NCBI RefSeq assembly: GCF_006345805.1
Contig: NC_043003.1
Span: forward strand, 101,556,001 to 101,620,000
Source: Octopus sinensis
Lineage: Eukaryota
Reading direction: 5' to 3'
DNA: 64,000 nt
Under the pieces are notes generated by a model. It did not search any database and had not been told where the DNA came from. It saw only the letters and a list, made by a program, of their open reading frames with translations. Position numbers and translations under genes: made by a program. Position 1 is the first letter of the stretch, and every line of letters begins with the position of its first letter. Of this stretch, positions 12,614 to 25,799 are shown piece after piece.

Positions 12614-12768
12614 GTGAAATAGAAAGATGAATAATCTTGTAGCAGATTAATCAAAAGTTTAACCGATACCTTGGTAGCAAAAATCACAGCAGAAGACAGC
12701 ACGGTTGGAGGTACAACCATATGGTGTTGCAACCGTGCGTTGGTGCGGATAATTGAATTTTAATATTA

Positions 12769-13615
12769 TTAGTGAATTGAAGAAATGGAGCTGAACGCTT
12801 ATAAATAATACCTGCACCCGGTTACACTACTTATATGAAAATAGCCCTTGGTAATAAATTCTGAAAAAGCCTTTAAGAGAAATTTGATTAACCACTGCAA
12901 GGAGAATTACTCCTGTGAGATGAATGGGGCTTTGTTTTTGACGACGGGGGGTTTCTTTGACAAGGCATGATTAGACGAACACACGCACACATAAAACATA
13001 AAATATTTTTCTGCCGCCCGACGGTTTTTACTGCAGTGACCATTGTGTAGAGCTGTTTAACAACTGTCAGCCGCGCGATCAAACGCACACACGTACACAA
13101 AAAATGTTTTCTACCCCTTGACGGAGTTCTCAGCAGTGACCAGAAAATAGCGCTTCTTACCAACTTGCGCCAGCACACATATATAGAACAGTAAACACAC
13201 ACATGTCTCTAAGTAGATTTTGTCTCGCCCCATATAATACATCCAATATTCTTTAAATAGTCAGAACTTTACTCTCGGTCACAAAGAACATCTACACACC
13301 CAGTGCCCTCAACCACAGGAATGACCGCTGCCTGACCCGTTAAAATCTTCAACGCACCCACCACCCGTTCTCAACATACACTGATAAACAGTTTGGCCAT
13401 GGGCTCTTAGGAGCCTAGTTCGATTTGTTTTGCTCCGCCTCTGTTCTGTTTTTGTTTTTTCCAACGGATTTCCTATTTCTTCCTGAAGAGAAAGACACAA
13501 TATGGTCTCATTATTCAATCGGATTTTGGTAAATTGTGCCTTTCGAAACACGTGTAGAATGAAATAAAACGATTTCTGTTCAATCTTCGTTCAGCCCCAT
13601 TTCTTCAATTCACTA

Positions 13616-13616
<1 letters not shown>
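12769..13616. mobile_element. TA-flanked MITE (Tc1/mariner-type)
   Basis: 29-bp TIR TTAGTGAATTGAAGAAATGG(A/G)GCTGAACG at both ends, TA on each side. Confidence 0.8.
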
Positions 13617-13648
<32 letters not shown>

Positions 13649-13721
13649 ATATATATATACATATATATATGGATGTATATATGTGCATATACATCTTCAC
13701 ATATATATGTATATATATATG

Positions 13722-13755
<34 letters not shown>

Positions 13756-13858
13756 CGTATATATATATATAGTTAATCCAAACATGAAAGCACAAAAAAA
13801 CACAACACGAGGATGTGGAACAAATATAGTATTATTGGACGCTAAGGAAAGAAGGAGG

Positions 13859-13893
13859 GTTTAACGTTTCGAGCGGAGCTCTTCGTCGGAAAC
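13859..13893 (-). ncRNA. Minimal hammerhead motif in a PLE pseudo-LTR fragment (U4C variant)
   Basis: GTTT-CCGACGA-A-GAGC/GCTC-GAAAC-GTT^AAAC. Confidence 0.55.
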
Positions 13894-13933
13894 ATAGGAG
13901 AAGGAAAGATCTAGAGAAGGGAAGACAGCGGAA

Positions 13934-14436
13934 AAAAACTGTAGTTGTGTGAGTGTCTGTCCCCTTCGATTTAGATTCCTAACTACTCCCACATTTTGCG
14001 GTGCAGTTTAACCAAATTCAGGTATCTTATAGTCGTGATTCATATCGAGCCCATCTGGGTATTAACGCGCGTCTACGATGAGTCTACGATTTTAAAAATA
14101 ATTTAACATAATTTTTTATTCCATTTTAATGCATAATTTTTCGTGTGTCAATGGCGGCGGAGTTGGCGTCCATGGTCACACCTGCACCTGTTTGCTTCTC
14201 CCCCTTCTTCCCTCCCTCGTGAAGCTGTGGGGAAGGGAGTTTAAGGAAATCTACGTCGTAAAGCGTTGTCAAGGAGACCAGCGTTCTTTTAGAACAACGA
14301 CTTCATGGCTTGAAGACACCAAAACAGAAATGGCTAAGAAAGCCCGAATTGGCATCTATAAGGGAAGTAACTCTCTAAAAATGCTTATATAGTTATTTCC
14401 CTTACAAACCCGAGCAACGCCGGGCGATACTGCTAG
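13934..14436 (+). mobile_element. Non-autonomous Helitron, second copy
   Basis: Highly similar to 3472-3977; same hairpin and CTAG end; 5' end abuts a PLE fragment. Confidence 0.78.
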
Positions 14437-14437
14437 T

Positions 14438-14522
<85 letters not shown>

Positions 14523-14569
14523 GTATATATACATATATATATATGTATATATATACATGTATATAAATC

Positions 14570-14970
14570 CTTAAATCCTTAAAAATGTTTTAGCCCGAAG
14601 GCCGCGGCCATGCTGGGGCACCACCGCTGAATGAGCTACACAAATATGTGAATCCACCTCTGATACGTGGTACTTGATCAACAAGGGAGTTCGATGCTGC
14701 TGCCCGCATCCGCATCTCCTGTCATGAGGTAGGTTCATCTGGGACTCCCGACAAGAAGAGATCCAGTTTAGTTTTAAAGAAACCCACATCTACACCATGT
14801 AAGTCTCTCAGGCATTTAGGGAGGATGTTAAAGAGCTGTGGTCCTCTGAAACCCAAGCTGTTGCAGTATCTGGACCTGTATTTTGATGGTGATGTTGGAA
14901 TCTTTGGCACCATGCAGTGGCGCCCCGTTCTGCGGTTGGGGTAACTTTGAATGCCAAAGTTTGGGACATA
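14570..14970 (-). mobile_element. CR1-like LINE 3' end
   Basis: [16 protein letters not shown]...[16 protein letters not shown]; same family as 53185-55345. Confidence 0.8.
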
Positions 14971-15037
14971 TATATACATATATGTATATATATATACATA
15001 TGTGTATATATATATATACACATATGTATATATATGT

Positions 15038-15071
<34 letters not shown>

Positions 15072-15130
15072 ATATATACATATATATATACATATATGTA
15101 TATATATATATACACATATATATATATATG

Positions 15131-15162
<32 letters not shown>

Positions 15163-15178
15163 CACATATGTATATATG

Positions 15179-15209
<31 letters not shown>

Positions 15210-15312
15210 ATATACATATACATATATAATATACATATATATATACCTATATATACATATATGTACATATATATACATATATGTATATATATATACATAT
15301 ATATACATATAT

Positions 15313-15351
<39 letters not shown>

Positions 15352-15354
15352 CAT

Positions 15355-16165
15355 CAATCATCATCCTCATCATTTAGCGTCCGTTTTCCATGTTAGCATG
15401 GGTTGGATGGTTCAACTGGGGTCTGTGAAGCCGGAAGGCTTCATCAGGCCCAGTCAGATCTGGCAGTGTTTCTACGGCTGGATGCCCTTCCTAACGCCAA
15501 TCACTCTGTGAGTGTAGTGGTTGCTTTTTACGTGCCACCTGCACAGGTGCCAGACAGAGCTGGCAAACGGCCACGAATGTATGGTGCTTTTACGTGCCAC
15601 CGGCACGGGGGCCAGGCGAGGCTGGCAACGGACACGAACGGATGGTGCTTTTACGTGCCACCGGCACGGGGGCCAGGCGAGGCTGTCAACGGACACGAAC
15701 AGATGGTGCTTTTACGTGCCACCGGCACGGGGGCCAGGCGAGGCTATCAACAGACACGAGCGGATGGTGCTTTTATGTGCCAAGCGTGGCTGGCAGCGGA
15801 CACAAACGGATGGTGCTTTTACGTGCCACCGGCACGGGGGCCAGGCGAGGCTGTCAACGGACACGAACAGATGGTGCTTTTACGTGCCACCGGCACGGGG
15901 GCCAGGCGAGGCTATCAACAGACACGAGCGGATGGTGCTTTTATGTGCCAAGCGTGGCTGGCAGCGGACACAAACGGATGGTGCTTTTATGTGCCACCGG
16001 CACGGAAGCCAGACAGGGCGGCGCCGACAACGACCACGATCAGATGGTTCACTTAACCACAGCTGCAATTTCCACTGATGTTGATCGACCTCAATTTTGG
16101 TTCTGCTTTCTGATATCTGATTTGATTTGGTTTGATTTTGATTTTGATCTTGACTGTTCTCACTG
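15355..16165 (-). mobile_element. RTE-LINE 3' UTR fragment with expanded minisatellite
   Basis: (CAT)n tail plus conserved ggatgcccttcctaacgcc block found at the 3' ends of the RTE copies in this window. Confidence 0.75.
15581..16023. repeat. Minisatellite, 61/61/46-bp units with a duplicated 168-bp higher-order unit
   Basis: Unit starts at 15581, 15642, 15703, 15764, 15810, 15871, 15932 and 15978; 15642-15809 matches 15810-15977. Confidence 0.9.
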
Positions 16166-16234
16166 GTCTTGCCGGGTCTTCTCACACATGTATATATATA
16201 TACATATATATAGATATATGTATATATATATACA

Positions 16235-16275
<41 letters not shown>

Positions 16276-16340
16276 TTATATATACATATACATATATATA
16301 CATATATTTATCAAAAGAAAAATAAGATGCAAAGGATTTA

Positions 16341-16417
16341 GCGGTACATATGTTTCTGGCTTTATTGGACAGTTTATATCAATGCATAATTGATGTAACA
16401 TAGCCTTCTTCAGCCGC
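16341..16417 (-). ncRNA. Type I hammerhead motif
   Basis: GCGG-CTGAAGA-AGGCT...AGCCA-GAAAC-ATAT-GTA^CCGC. Confidence 0.7.
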
Positions 16418-17034
16418 GTATATATCTGTGTGTATATATATATATATGGTGGCTGCCCCCTCGTTATCGAGTATGGCCATTACATGAAGCTTAATCAATG
16501 TTGTTATCGTGCAATGCCTGTGCAAGAAGATTTTTTTAAAGTGAGGAAAGGCTGTGCACTGAGTCAATCCCACTCACTAAGCAACAGCAGCCATAATCCA
16601 AAAAGAAGAACAAGTCAACATTATCAGTAACCACTGAGCCGCAGGTTTTATATCGGAGTTATCCCAGTTACCTGAGTTGCCTTCTCCTAGAAGGATGCCC
16701 TAACAAAGGCTGGGAGTCCTTCACTCCTAATGGTTTAACTGCGCGATCGGGTATTCAATTTGATTATTTCTATGTCCCCGCGCATGATACATTCCTAAGA
16801 CATTTATTGGATGGCCGTTGACTCTCAAGCGTTCCTCTGCCCTTTGACGGGTTTTGCTTTTCATCCCACAGGGTGTCCAATAAACACCCTCCTCACCAAG
16901 CAAGCTTGGTGGGGTTGCCGGTTTAGTCGCTGATGACCCGACCATGCAACAGGTTGTACTGGGTTACATGTTACCAGTAGCACTCGAAAGTGACCTGATA
17001 TATATATATATATATAATATATATATATATACAT

Positions 17035-17066
<32 letters not shown>

Positions 17067-17172
17067 CACACACATATATATATATCATCATCATCATCAT
17101 CATCATCATCGTTTAACGTCCGTTTTCCATACTAGCATGGGTTGGGCGGTTTGACTGGCGATCTGGGAAGCC

Positions 17173-17222
<50 letters not shown>

Positions 17223-17616
17223 GTATATATATATGCATATATACACACATATATATGATAAATCGCTAGCCACTACACATTCTTTATTTTCTCTCCTTGT
17301 TTATCTCCTTGTTTCTCTCTGTGTTCCTTTCTGTGGAAGAGCATAGGCTCGAAATGTTAAAAATTTTTTCACTTCCTGAGCGTTATACTAATACATTCGT
17401 TTGTTGTCTACACCACCTGTCTTTGTCTTTTGTTTGTTTGTGAATTCTCCCTATATATGTACCTATATACATAGCAAAACACTCCAGTAGAATAAGTAGG
17501 CTTACAAAGACTAAAAGGGGTGCTCTAGCATGTCTGCAGTCACATGACCGAAACAAGTAAAACAATAAAAAAAACTATGCCATTTTAATCCCAAGCAATG
17601 CCAGGTATCTCTGCTA

Positions 17617-17656
<40 letters not shown>

Positions 17657-17768
17657 CAATAAAGATTCAAGTTAATTTAAATGAATTTACTTGAATATGG
17701 TACCTAACTTAGATGCACCAAAAACAACTATACTGTTTTAACAATACAGTAATGTGGGGTGATTATAA

Positions 17769-17915
17769 GCGAGAAAGAAGCAACAAGAATGGATAGGTTT
17801 TTAGTACAATCGTTTCATACAAGGACAGGCTTTATTAAAAGTTGTAAAAGTTAGCCTGTCCTTGTATGAAACGATTGTACTAAAAACCTATCCATTCTTG
17901 TTGCTTCTTTCTCGC
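17769..17915. repeat. Perfect 63-bp inverted repeat with 21-nt loop
   Basis: Arms 17769-17831 and 17853-17915. Confidence 0.95.
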
Positions 17916-17934
17916 GTATATATATATATATATA

Positions 17935-18460
17935 TAATTGAAGAAAAGAAGAGTAAAAATGCTGCTTGCTAAAAATCAGAGTGATAGCATAAAAAAACCC
18001 ACCAATCTTACAATAAATATACACATGAGCAAAGCAAGGAGCATTTTTAAAATAGGCCTACCTTCAGAATGGAATATGAAAATAGAAAATAGAAAATGTC
18101 CCAATATCAATTGATTTCATGCTCTGCATCTAAAACATTCTCTTTAATCATTGGTTGAAAATAGTATTTAACATCTATTTCGAAACTATTCACTACATCG
18201 ACTCATCTGCATTTCTAATTTTAAACTCCATTTAAAGTTTAAAATGCACAAGATGTTAAATACTGATGATTGCTGAGCATGAAATCAATTGATATTAGGA
18301 CTGTATTTTCTATTTGTATATTCCATTCTGAAGGTAGGCCTATTTTTAAAGTATTCATTTCCTTGCTCATGTGTATATTTATTGTAAGATTGGTGGTTTT
18401 TTGAAGCTGTCACTGATTTTTAGCAAGTGGTATTTTTACCCTTCTTTTCTTCAATTATTG
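17935..18460. repeat. Imperfect ~190-bp inverted repeat (PLE pseudo-LTR fold-back)
   Basis: Arms ~17935-18125 and ~18275-18460; HHR-like motif at the inner edge. Confidence 0.8.
18258..18299 (+). ncRNA. Hammerhead-like motif with weak stem I
   Basis: CTGATGA-TTGC-TGA-GCAT-GAAAT-CAATTG-ATA; palindromic stem III, poor stem I pairing. Confidence 0.4.
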
Positions 18461-18664
18461 TTTATTATACCTGTATAGATAGAAGTCTTGCTAGCCATCT
18501 CATTATTACTGTTTATTACAGTAATAATACTTTACATATTTACATTTTTATTATTGTTTAAGTAGAGACATGTTCTTTATCTATCTCCCTAACTTCTTGG
18601 AGATTTTAGGTATAATTATACTAATGTGTCCATCTGTTCTAATTTAATTAAATTCTATGTCTTT

Positions 18665-18753
18665 GTGCAGCTGAAGATTGCTCTACATTTTAAATTGATG
18701 TAATGATTGCATTGTTCAATTAAATGGAGTTGCATGAAACGATCATACTGCAT
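18665..18753 (+). ncRNA. Hammerhead motif (G16.2A) in PLE pseudo-LTR relic
   Basis: GTGCAG-CTGAAGA-TTGC...GCAT-GAAAC-GATC-ATA^CTGCAT; homolog near 24567-24654 retains GAAACGATTGTA but has a decayed core. Confidence 0.55.
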
Positions 18754-19118
18754 TACCTCTGGGTATCCTTGTTGCTTATTTTGATATATATATATATAAT
18801 TAAACATATCCTGTTGTGTCTAGGGAGAGTCATTCAGTTTTAGTGCCTTATAATTTAACACTGGTAAAATTTCCACTAATTTCTTTTTTATTTTTCTAAA
18901 ATTTTCGTTGCATCTTGCAACCTTTTGAATAGTTTTGACTCTGGAGTCAAAACTATTCAAAAGGTTGCAAGAGTGTATTAAATTATAAGGCACTAAAAGA
19001 GAATGACTCTCCCCAGACACAGCAGAATATGCTTCAACACATGAACTCACATAAAGAATCTTGCAAACCAAATCCAAAAATGAAATATAATTAAACATAT
19101 ATATATATATGTAATTAA

Positions 19119-19188
<70 letters not shown>

Positions 19189-19643
19189 TATATATAATTA
19201 AATATGTATATGTTTATATTTTTAAATCATAAAAACGGTAACCATTATATGTGTGAATGTATTTGTTGAGCTTCCATACAGTTTCTGTCTCCCAAATTTC
19301 ATTCATAAATACTGTGTGTACACAGTGATATCAAACCCCAAGACCCTGAAGTTATGAACCAAACTTTTTTAAATACACAGCCATGTCTATGCCAAATATA
19401 AATGTTACTATCCAATTTTCATCAGAATATGCTATTCTGCTGATGACTTAATGCGTAAGTACATAATTATCCTTCATGAAGAAATAATGTTTCATCCTTT
19501 GTGTCTGGTGAGGAATTAGGACCAACAACTGAACTGATTAGGAACAACTGAACAGATTAAGGCAAGTGTTTTCTACTATAGCCTTGGGTCAACCAAAACC
19601 TTTTGAGTGGATTTGCTAAATGGAAACTGAAAGAAGCCCATTG

Positions 19644-19675
<32 letters not shown>

Positions 19676-20401
19676 CATATGTTTTTGTTTGTGTGTCCCC
19701 CCACAATTGCTTGACAACCAATGTTGGTGTGTTTACGTCCCCATAATTTAGTGGTTCGGCAACAGAGATTGATAGAATAGGTACTAGGCTTACAAAGAGT
19801 AAGTCCTAGGGTCGATTTGTTCAACTAAAGGTGGTGCTCCAGCATGGCCATAGTCACATGACTGATACAGATAAAAGAATACACATGAGGAGATTAATAT
19901 TCCAGAATATTATCTTAATAATAACTCAACTTGAAACTTTACACATTTTATTGGTTTTATTATAGATAGTGTGAGGTTAAGCTACTAGGCCACTGTTCAT
20001 CTGATCATGGGTTCAAGTCCTATCATAACCATTATACTGTGCTCCTGTAAGTTGCTCCAATTCACTTGACTGACAAATATGTAGTATTATTCCTACACCA
20101 TGGTTATTCCTACACCAGTAAAAAGAGTTGTCAAACAGAAGACATTCTAGGAAAGATAAGTATGTGCAAACAATAAAAATTGTAAAAGTAAAAAGACACC
20201 AATTTATTGGGATGGGGAAATAGGGTGTTATGAAGTTTCATTATTTTCCTAAGAACAGCATTAGTGTGACTAATGTGAAAGCAAACACCATATTACCATA
20301 TTGCAGATTTAGTTTATGAAGAGCTTTTTAAAAGTATATAGTAGTAAATGGTTAGAAAGACAAATAAATAGATGAAGAAAGAGGTAGATAGGTGGACAGG
20401 C

Positions 20402-20402
<1 letters not shown>

Positions 20403-20457
<55 letters not shown>
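20403..20457. repeat. (GATA)n microsatellite
   Basis: Direct reading. Confidence 0.95.
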
Positions 20458-20458
<1 letters not shown>

Positions 20459-20462
20459 TTTA

Positions 20463-20700
20463 AGGTGGTGAGCTGGCAGAAATGTTAGCATGCCGGGCGA
20501 AATGCTTAGTGGTATTTCGTCTGCCGTTACATTCTGAGTTCAAATTCTGCCAAGGTCAACTTTGCCTTTCATCCTTTCAGGGTTGATAAATTAAGTACCA
20601 GTTACGCACTGGGGTCTATTTAATCGACTTAATCCCTCTATCTGTCCTTGTTTGTCCCCTCTATGTTTAGCCCCTTGTGGGCAATAAAGAGATAAAAAAA
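20463..20700 (+). mobile_element. SINE (ggtggtgagctggcag family); copies at ~21505-21740 (+) and ~29016-29250 (-)
   Basis: Three dispersed near-identical copies with B-box-like gagttcaaattc. Confidence 0.8.
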
Positions 20701-21744
20701 AATAAGATAGATATACAGACAGACAAACAGATCAATAGATAAGAGATAGATGGATTAATGGGTAGACAGAGAGATAAATAAATAAATAAATGGACAAATA
20801 GATGAATAGGTAGATAGGCAGATAGATAAATAAATAGATAGATGGATGGATTAGAAGGCAGGGGGATAGATAAGCAAATGTATACAAAATTATGTTATTT
20901 TCCATGGAAAAAATTTGAAAGCTGTTTTTTTTTGTGGGGTGGGGGTTACTATTTTTCTTAGCTGTAGTTTAAGTTATGAATTCAATACTGCAATCTCTTT
21001 ATGCATTCCTCTTCACATTTAGTGAAACTTATAGTTATTACTGTTGCTTGCATTCCTTTGAATAACACAAAGCGGTATTGTGTTTATTTTTAGTGACCCC
21101 AACACTCCTTTACTGATTCAGTGACCTAGAAAATTTCTTGATATATATTTATTTCATAATACTATAATAACACAACACCAGCAGAGCGAATACATACACA
21201 CAAATACACATGCATACAAATTGTTTACGTGTCCTGTGTGTGTGCACACGCGTGCGCACTTTGCGTGGGTGCATTGCGTGGGTCTATATATCCATGAATC
21301 AGACAATTAATGATTTCTTTATTTGCCACCAGAGCATCAGCCAGACTAGCAATAAAAATCTGTCAGAAGGATATATACAAATACATTCTCAAGTCTCTTA
21401 ATATATATTTATTATGTGTGGCAGAAGCAGTATTAGTTTAAATCTACGTATCATATTTAAAACAGATACATCTTGAAAGCTTGATTAACTGTGGTATTCA
21501 CTCAAGGTGGTGAGCTGGCAGAAACGTTAGCATGCTGGGCGAAATGCTTAGCGGTATTTCGTCTGCAGTTACATTCAGAGTTCAAATTCTGCTGAGGTCG
21601 ATTTTGCCTTTCATTCTTTCGGGGTCGATTAAATAAGTACCAGTTACGCACTGGGGTCGATATAATCGACTCAATCCGTGTGTCTGTCCTTGTTTGTCTG
21701 CTCTGTGTTTAGCCCCTTGTGGGTAGTAAAGAAATAGGTATTTC

Positions 21745-22420
21745 ATCTCAAGATAGCATCTATCATAGACAACCCTCCAACGCAGAGTATAGGGCACTTA
21801 TAGTTGAATTCCATGTCACATAATTTTTGGCTTCTGTACTTATACCCTGCCAGGAATGTCCCCCTTTCTCTAGTTCCTTTTGTGTTGATCTCCACCACGA
21901 GTTCTTAGGCCTACCTCTCCTTCTATATCCAGCCGATTTCCACTGTAAAGCACTTTTCACTACATTTGGTGTGTCTTTTCTAATTGTGCTACCAATCCAC
22001 TTCCACTTTTTCTTAAATATTTGCTCCCTAATCGAAACTTGATTTGTTCTTTGCCATAGCTCCATATTGCTTATGTGTTCAGGCCATCTAATTTTAAGTA
22101 TACTAAGCAAGCATCTGTTGATGAATGATTGTATTTGCTTATTTGACTTAACTGTTGTTTGCCATGGCTCAGCCCCATACAATAACACCCTGAAGTGTCT
22201 TTATCCCATACATTCTTCATGTTTAACAGGCTTTCACAATACCATTTCCATGTCACTTTGTTGACTTCCACAGTGTTGGCAAATGTACCTTCTTCATCTT
22301 GAACACGTTTCATTATGATGTCTCAGTTCTCTTGAACACAGTCTCGTAATAAGTCATGCCTCTGATCCTCTTGTTATAGGACATGTGCACATGTCATCAT
22401 TTCTGGGTGTGTATGTACGT
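21745..22420 (-). mobile_element. RTE-clade LINE fragment (second family), internally deleted
   Basis: LLYGAEPW...ILKIRWPEHISN...RRRGRPKNSW C-terminal RT region. Confidence 0.8.
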
Positions 22421-22669
22421 GTATAAAGAGTAACAGGATGTTGTCTGAGTTTTTAGACGCAGCAAATGATTTCAGCTCAAATACTGGCGATTCATTGGTT
22501 AAAATTCGAAGAATTAAACTATGTTAAACTTACAAATTACAAATTTATCAAAAAACCCAAGTGAAAATAATGTTTTCTTTTGACACATTCTACCAGTATA
22601 TGAAGTTTCAAATTGTTTAGTTAACTAGAAATTGTGTTGAAATCTGGCTATTAAAAGGAAAAGATCCAA

Positions 22670-23452
22670 GATCTGCTTTACCACATACCGAATTTTAGAA
22701 ATAGCAGCCAAAGAACCTTAGCTGTTTCTTCTACTATAAGAAGAGACTCCCGGACAAAACAAAATACTCAAAATAACCCACATAGACAGAGAGGAAAAAT
22801 AACGAAATTCACTTGGTATTTGATTACCTATGGATGCGTTTCGGAATTAGATCGGTAATGAAGAATGTAAAAATCATACTTCACCCAAACATTTTCCTCT
22901 TCAGCATAGGATTCCATGATATTAAATTTGAGAGCACTGAAAACATTGAACATAACAATCCAATTCAAAACAGTATCAGACAGATCATATTCAATGTCCA
23001 GTACCAACAAATTCAAAACACACAGAATGAGGTTCCTCACCTTCCCTCGCCCATCCACGTGTGTTGTTGAGTAAAAATACTACAGAAAAAAACGGTAGTT
23101 TATTATCAGGGAGAAAATTATATTATCAATAATAATAAAGGGTAAAATTAATTAATTAACTAGTAATTAACTAGTAACCAAGTAGAATTCGGCATGAAAA
23201 AGGACCATTTTTCAGTAAACTTAAACAATATTTTATAATATAATGATTTTTACATTCTTCATTACCGATCTAATTCCGAAACGCATCCATAGGTAATCAA
23301 ATACCAAGTGAATTTCATTATTTTTCCTCTCTGTCTACATGGGTTATTTCGAGTATTTTGTTTTGTCCAGGAGTCTCTTCTTGTAGTAGAAGAAATAGCT
23401 AAGGTTCTTTGGGTGCTATTTCTAAACTTCGGTATGTGGTAAAGCAAATCTT
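22670..23452. repeat. ~210-bp inverted repeat (PLE pseudo-LTR fold-back)
   Basis: Arms ~22670-22880 and ~23243-23452. Confidence 0.88.
22827..22910 (-). ncRNA. Type I hammerhead motif with long stem II (G16.2A)
   Basis: CCTATG-CTGAAGA-GGAA...TTCC-GAAAC-GC-ATC^CATAGG. Confidence 0.6.
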
Positions 23453-23596
23453 TGCTGAACCCTAATTATAATTATACTCATAATTATAAAAAATATTGTT
23501 ATATATATTATATATATATATATATAATATTATATATATATATATTATATATATACATATATACACATACACTCACAATAACATGTATGTGTCATA

Positions 23597-23667
<71 letters not shown>

Positions 23668-23669
23668 CA

Positions 23670-24690
23670 AAATAAGCAATAGGATATCTAGAGGTAATGC
23701 AGTACAATCATTTCAAGCGACTCCATTTAATTGAACAATTCATACTTAGCTTATATAAAGCAATACCAGTATCTTCACTACTTAAAATAAACTGCTTAGA
23801 TTATAATTTAATTAATATATAGTTAGTATGTTCTTTTGCCTCAGTACTCCTTTATTTAATACCAGTAAATACCAATGATCAATCTCAAAAGATACCATCT
23901 AATAAAGTTGATATTTAAGTATATAATATGTATAAATATTAAACTATTTCTATGTAATTTCTTTTCCTCCCTCTATTGTGGTAACATTTGGTATATACTC
24001 AAAAGTATTCAAAACAATTTTATCTTCTTGTTATAATATTTTTCTTTAAAATCTTCTGAATAACCCTAAATTTTAACTTTATACAATATGGCAATATTGT
24101 TTAAAATATTTAACTATAGTATCCCATGATAAAAATTTCCCCAGTATTATCATCATTGGTTTACTAGAGTCTCGCCTCTTTAATTGTCAGCTATTGTCCT
24201 GATTTAAGATTTCCTTTACCAGATCCCATTATATTGCTTCAAATTAATCTTGATAGTTTTATGACTATACTCACCATGATTTCTGTCAACTCCCTCAGCC
24301 TCTTTCCTAACAGACATTGCTCCTTGTTCTTTGGCCTTAGATTTTGATAGACAAAGATTTGATGAACAAGACTATAAATTAAAACTGACCCCATAAAACA
24401 GTGACAAGCTAGATCTCTAACAAGTCTTTCTTCCTGATACCTTAGTAGCTTCTAAGCTGAAGTGAAGACAGCATGTTCTTTGACTATCTCCTTACCTTCT
24501 TGGCGGTTATAGGTAAAAGTATACTAATGTGTCCATCTGTTTTAATTTAATTTAATTTTGTGTATTTATGCAGCTAATAATTGCTCTGCATTTAAATTGA
24601 TGTAATGGTCGCATTGTTCAATTAAGTGGAGTTGCTTGAAACGATTGTACTGCATTACCTCTAGATATCCTGTTGCTTATTTTGCTTTAA
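23670..24690. repeat. Inverted PLE pseudo-LTR pair
   Basis: ~23670-23750 is the reverse complement of ~24600-24690 and is homologous to 18560-18790. Confidence 0.65.
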
Positions 24691-24784
24691 ATCTCCTTAT
24701 TTTGAAACTGTTTGTATAATAGCGTACTAAATTCTGGTGCCTCAACCAAAGTACCTAATTCATCTGAATCTAAATTTTTGCTTA

Positions 24785-25352
<568 letters not shown>

Positions 25353-25641
25353 AGATCGAGAAACATAGAGAGAGGGGGGACATGCATACACGCACACACA
25401 CCCACACATACATCTACAAATACTGACACAGGCCTGCTGAATAGCTGAAAAATAGGGAGTAAACTAGTCTGACCTATTTTGTTAATATATGCTTATTTTA
25501 TTATGTTACTGCCATTATTGCAGAAAATAATTGCTAATGAAATAATTGTAGCTGATATGGTTAGTAATGTTATTTCAGAATATATATTCAAAGGTATTGG
25601 TGAAATATGTGTGTACATATAAATGTATGTGTGTGTGTGTG

Positions 25642-25708
<67 letters not shown>

Positions 25709-25799
25709 TGGTGAAGTAATGCTTGGGTAGCATTCCTACCATGTGGTCTTAGCTTCAACGCTACTGTATAACATCTCCGGTAAGTGTCTAATACTGTAG

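Noticed and set aside
14722-15377. Long YI/YT-rich ORFs (also 24687-25429 and 55267-56033)
   Set aside because: Translations of (TA)n/(TATACA)n microsatellites, some crossing the N gap.
15581-16023. CRISPR-like repeat/spacer array
   Set aside because: Eukaryotic context, no cas genes, spacers are homologous to each other, and the unit is part of the RTE 3' UTR.
17328-17362. Hammerhead-like ctgtggaagagc...gctcgaaat
   Set aside because: Several core substitutions (A6 and others); likely a dead pseudo-LTR copy.
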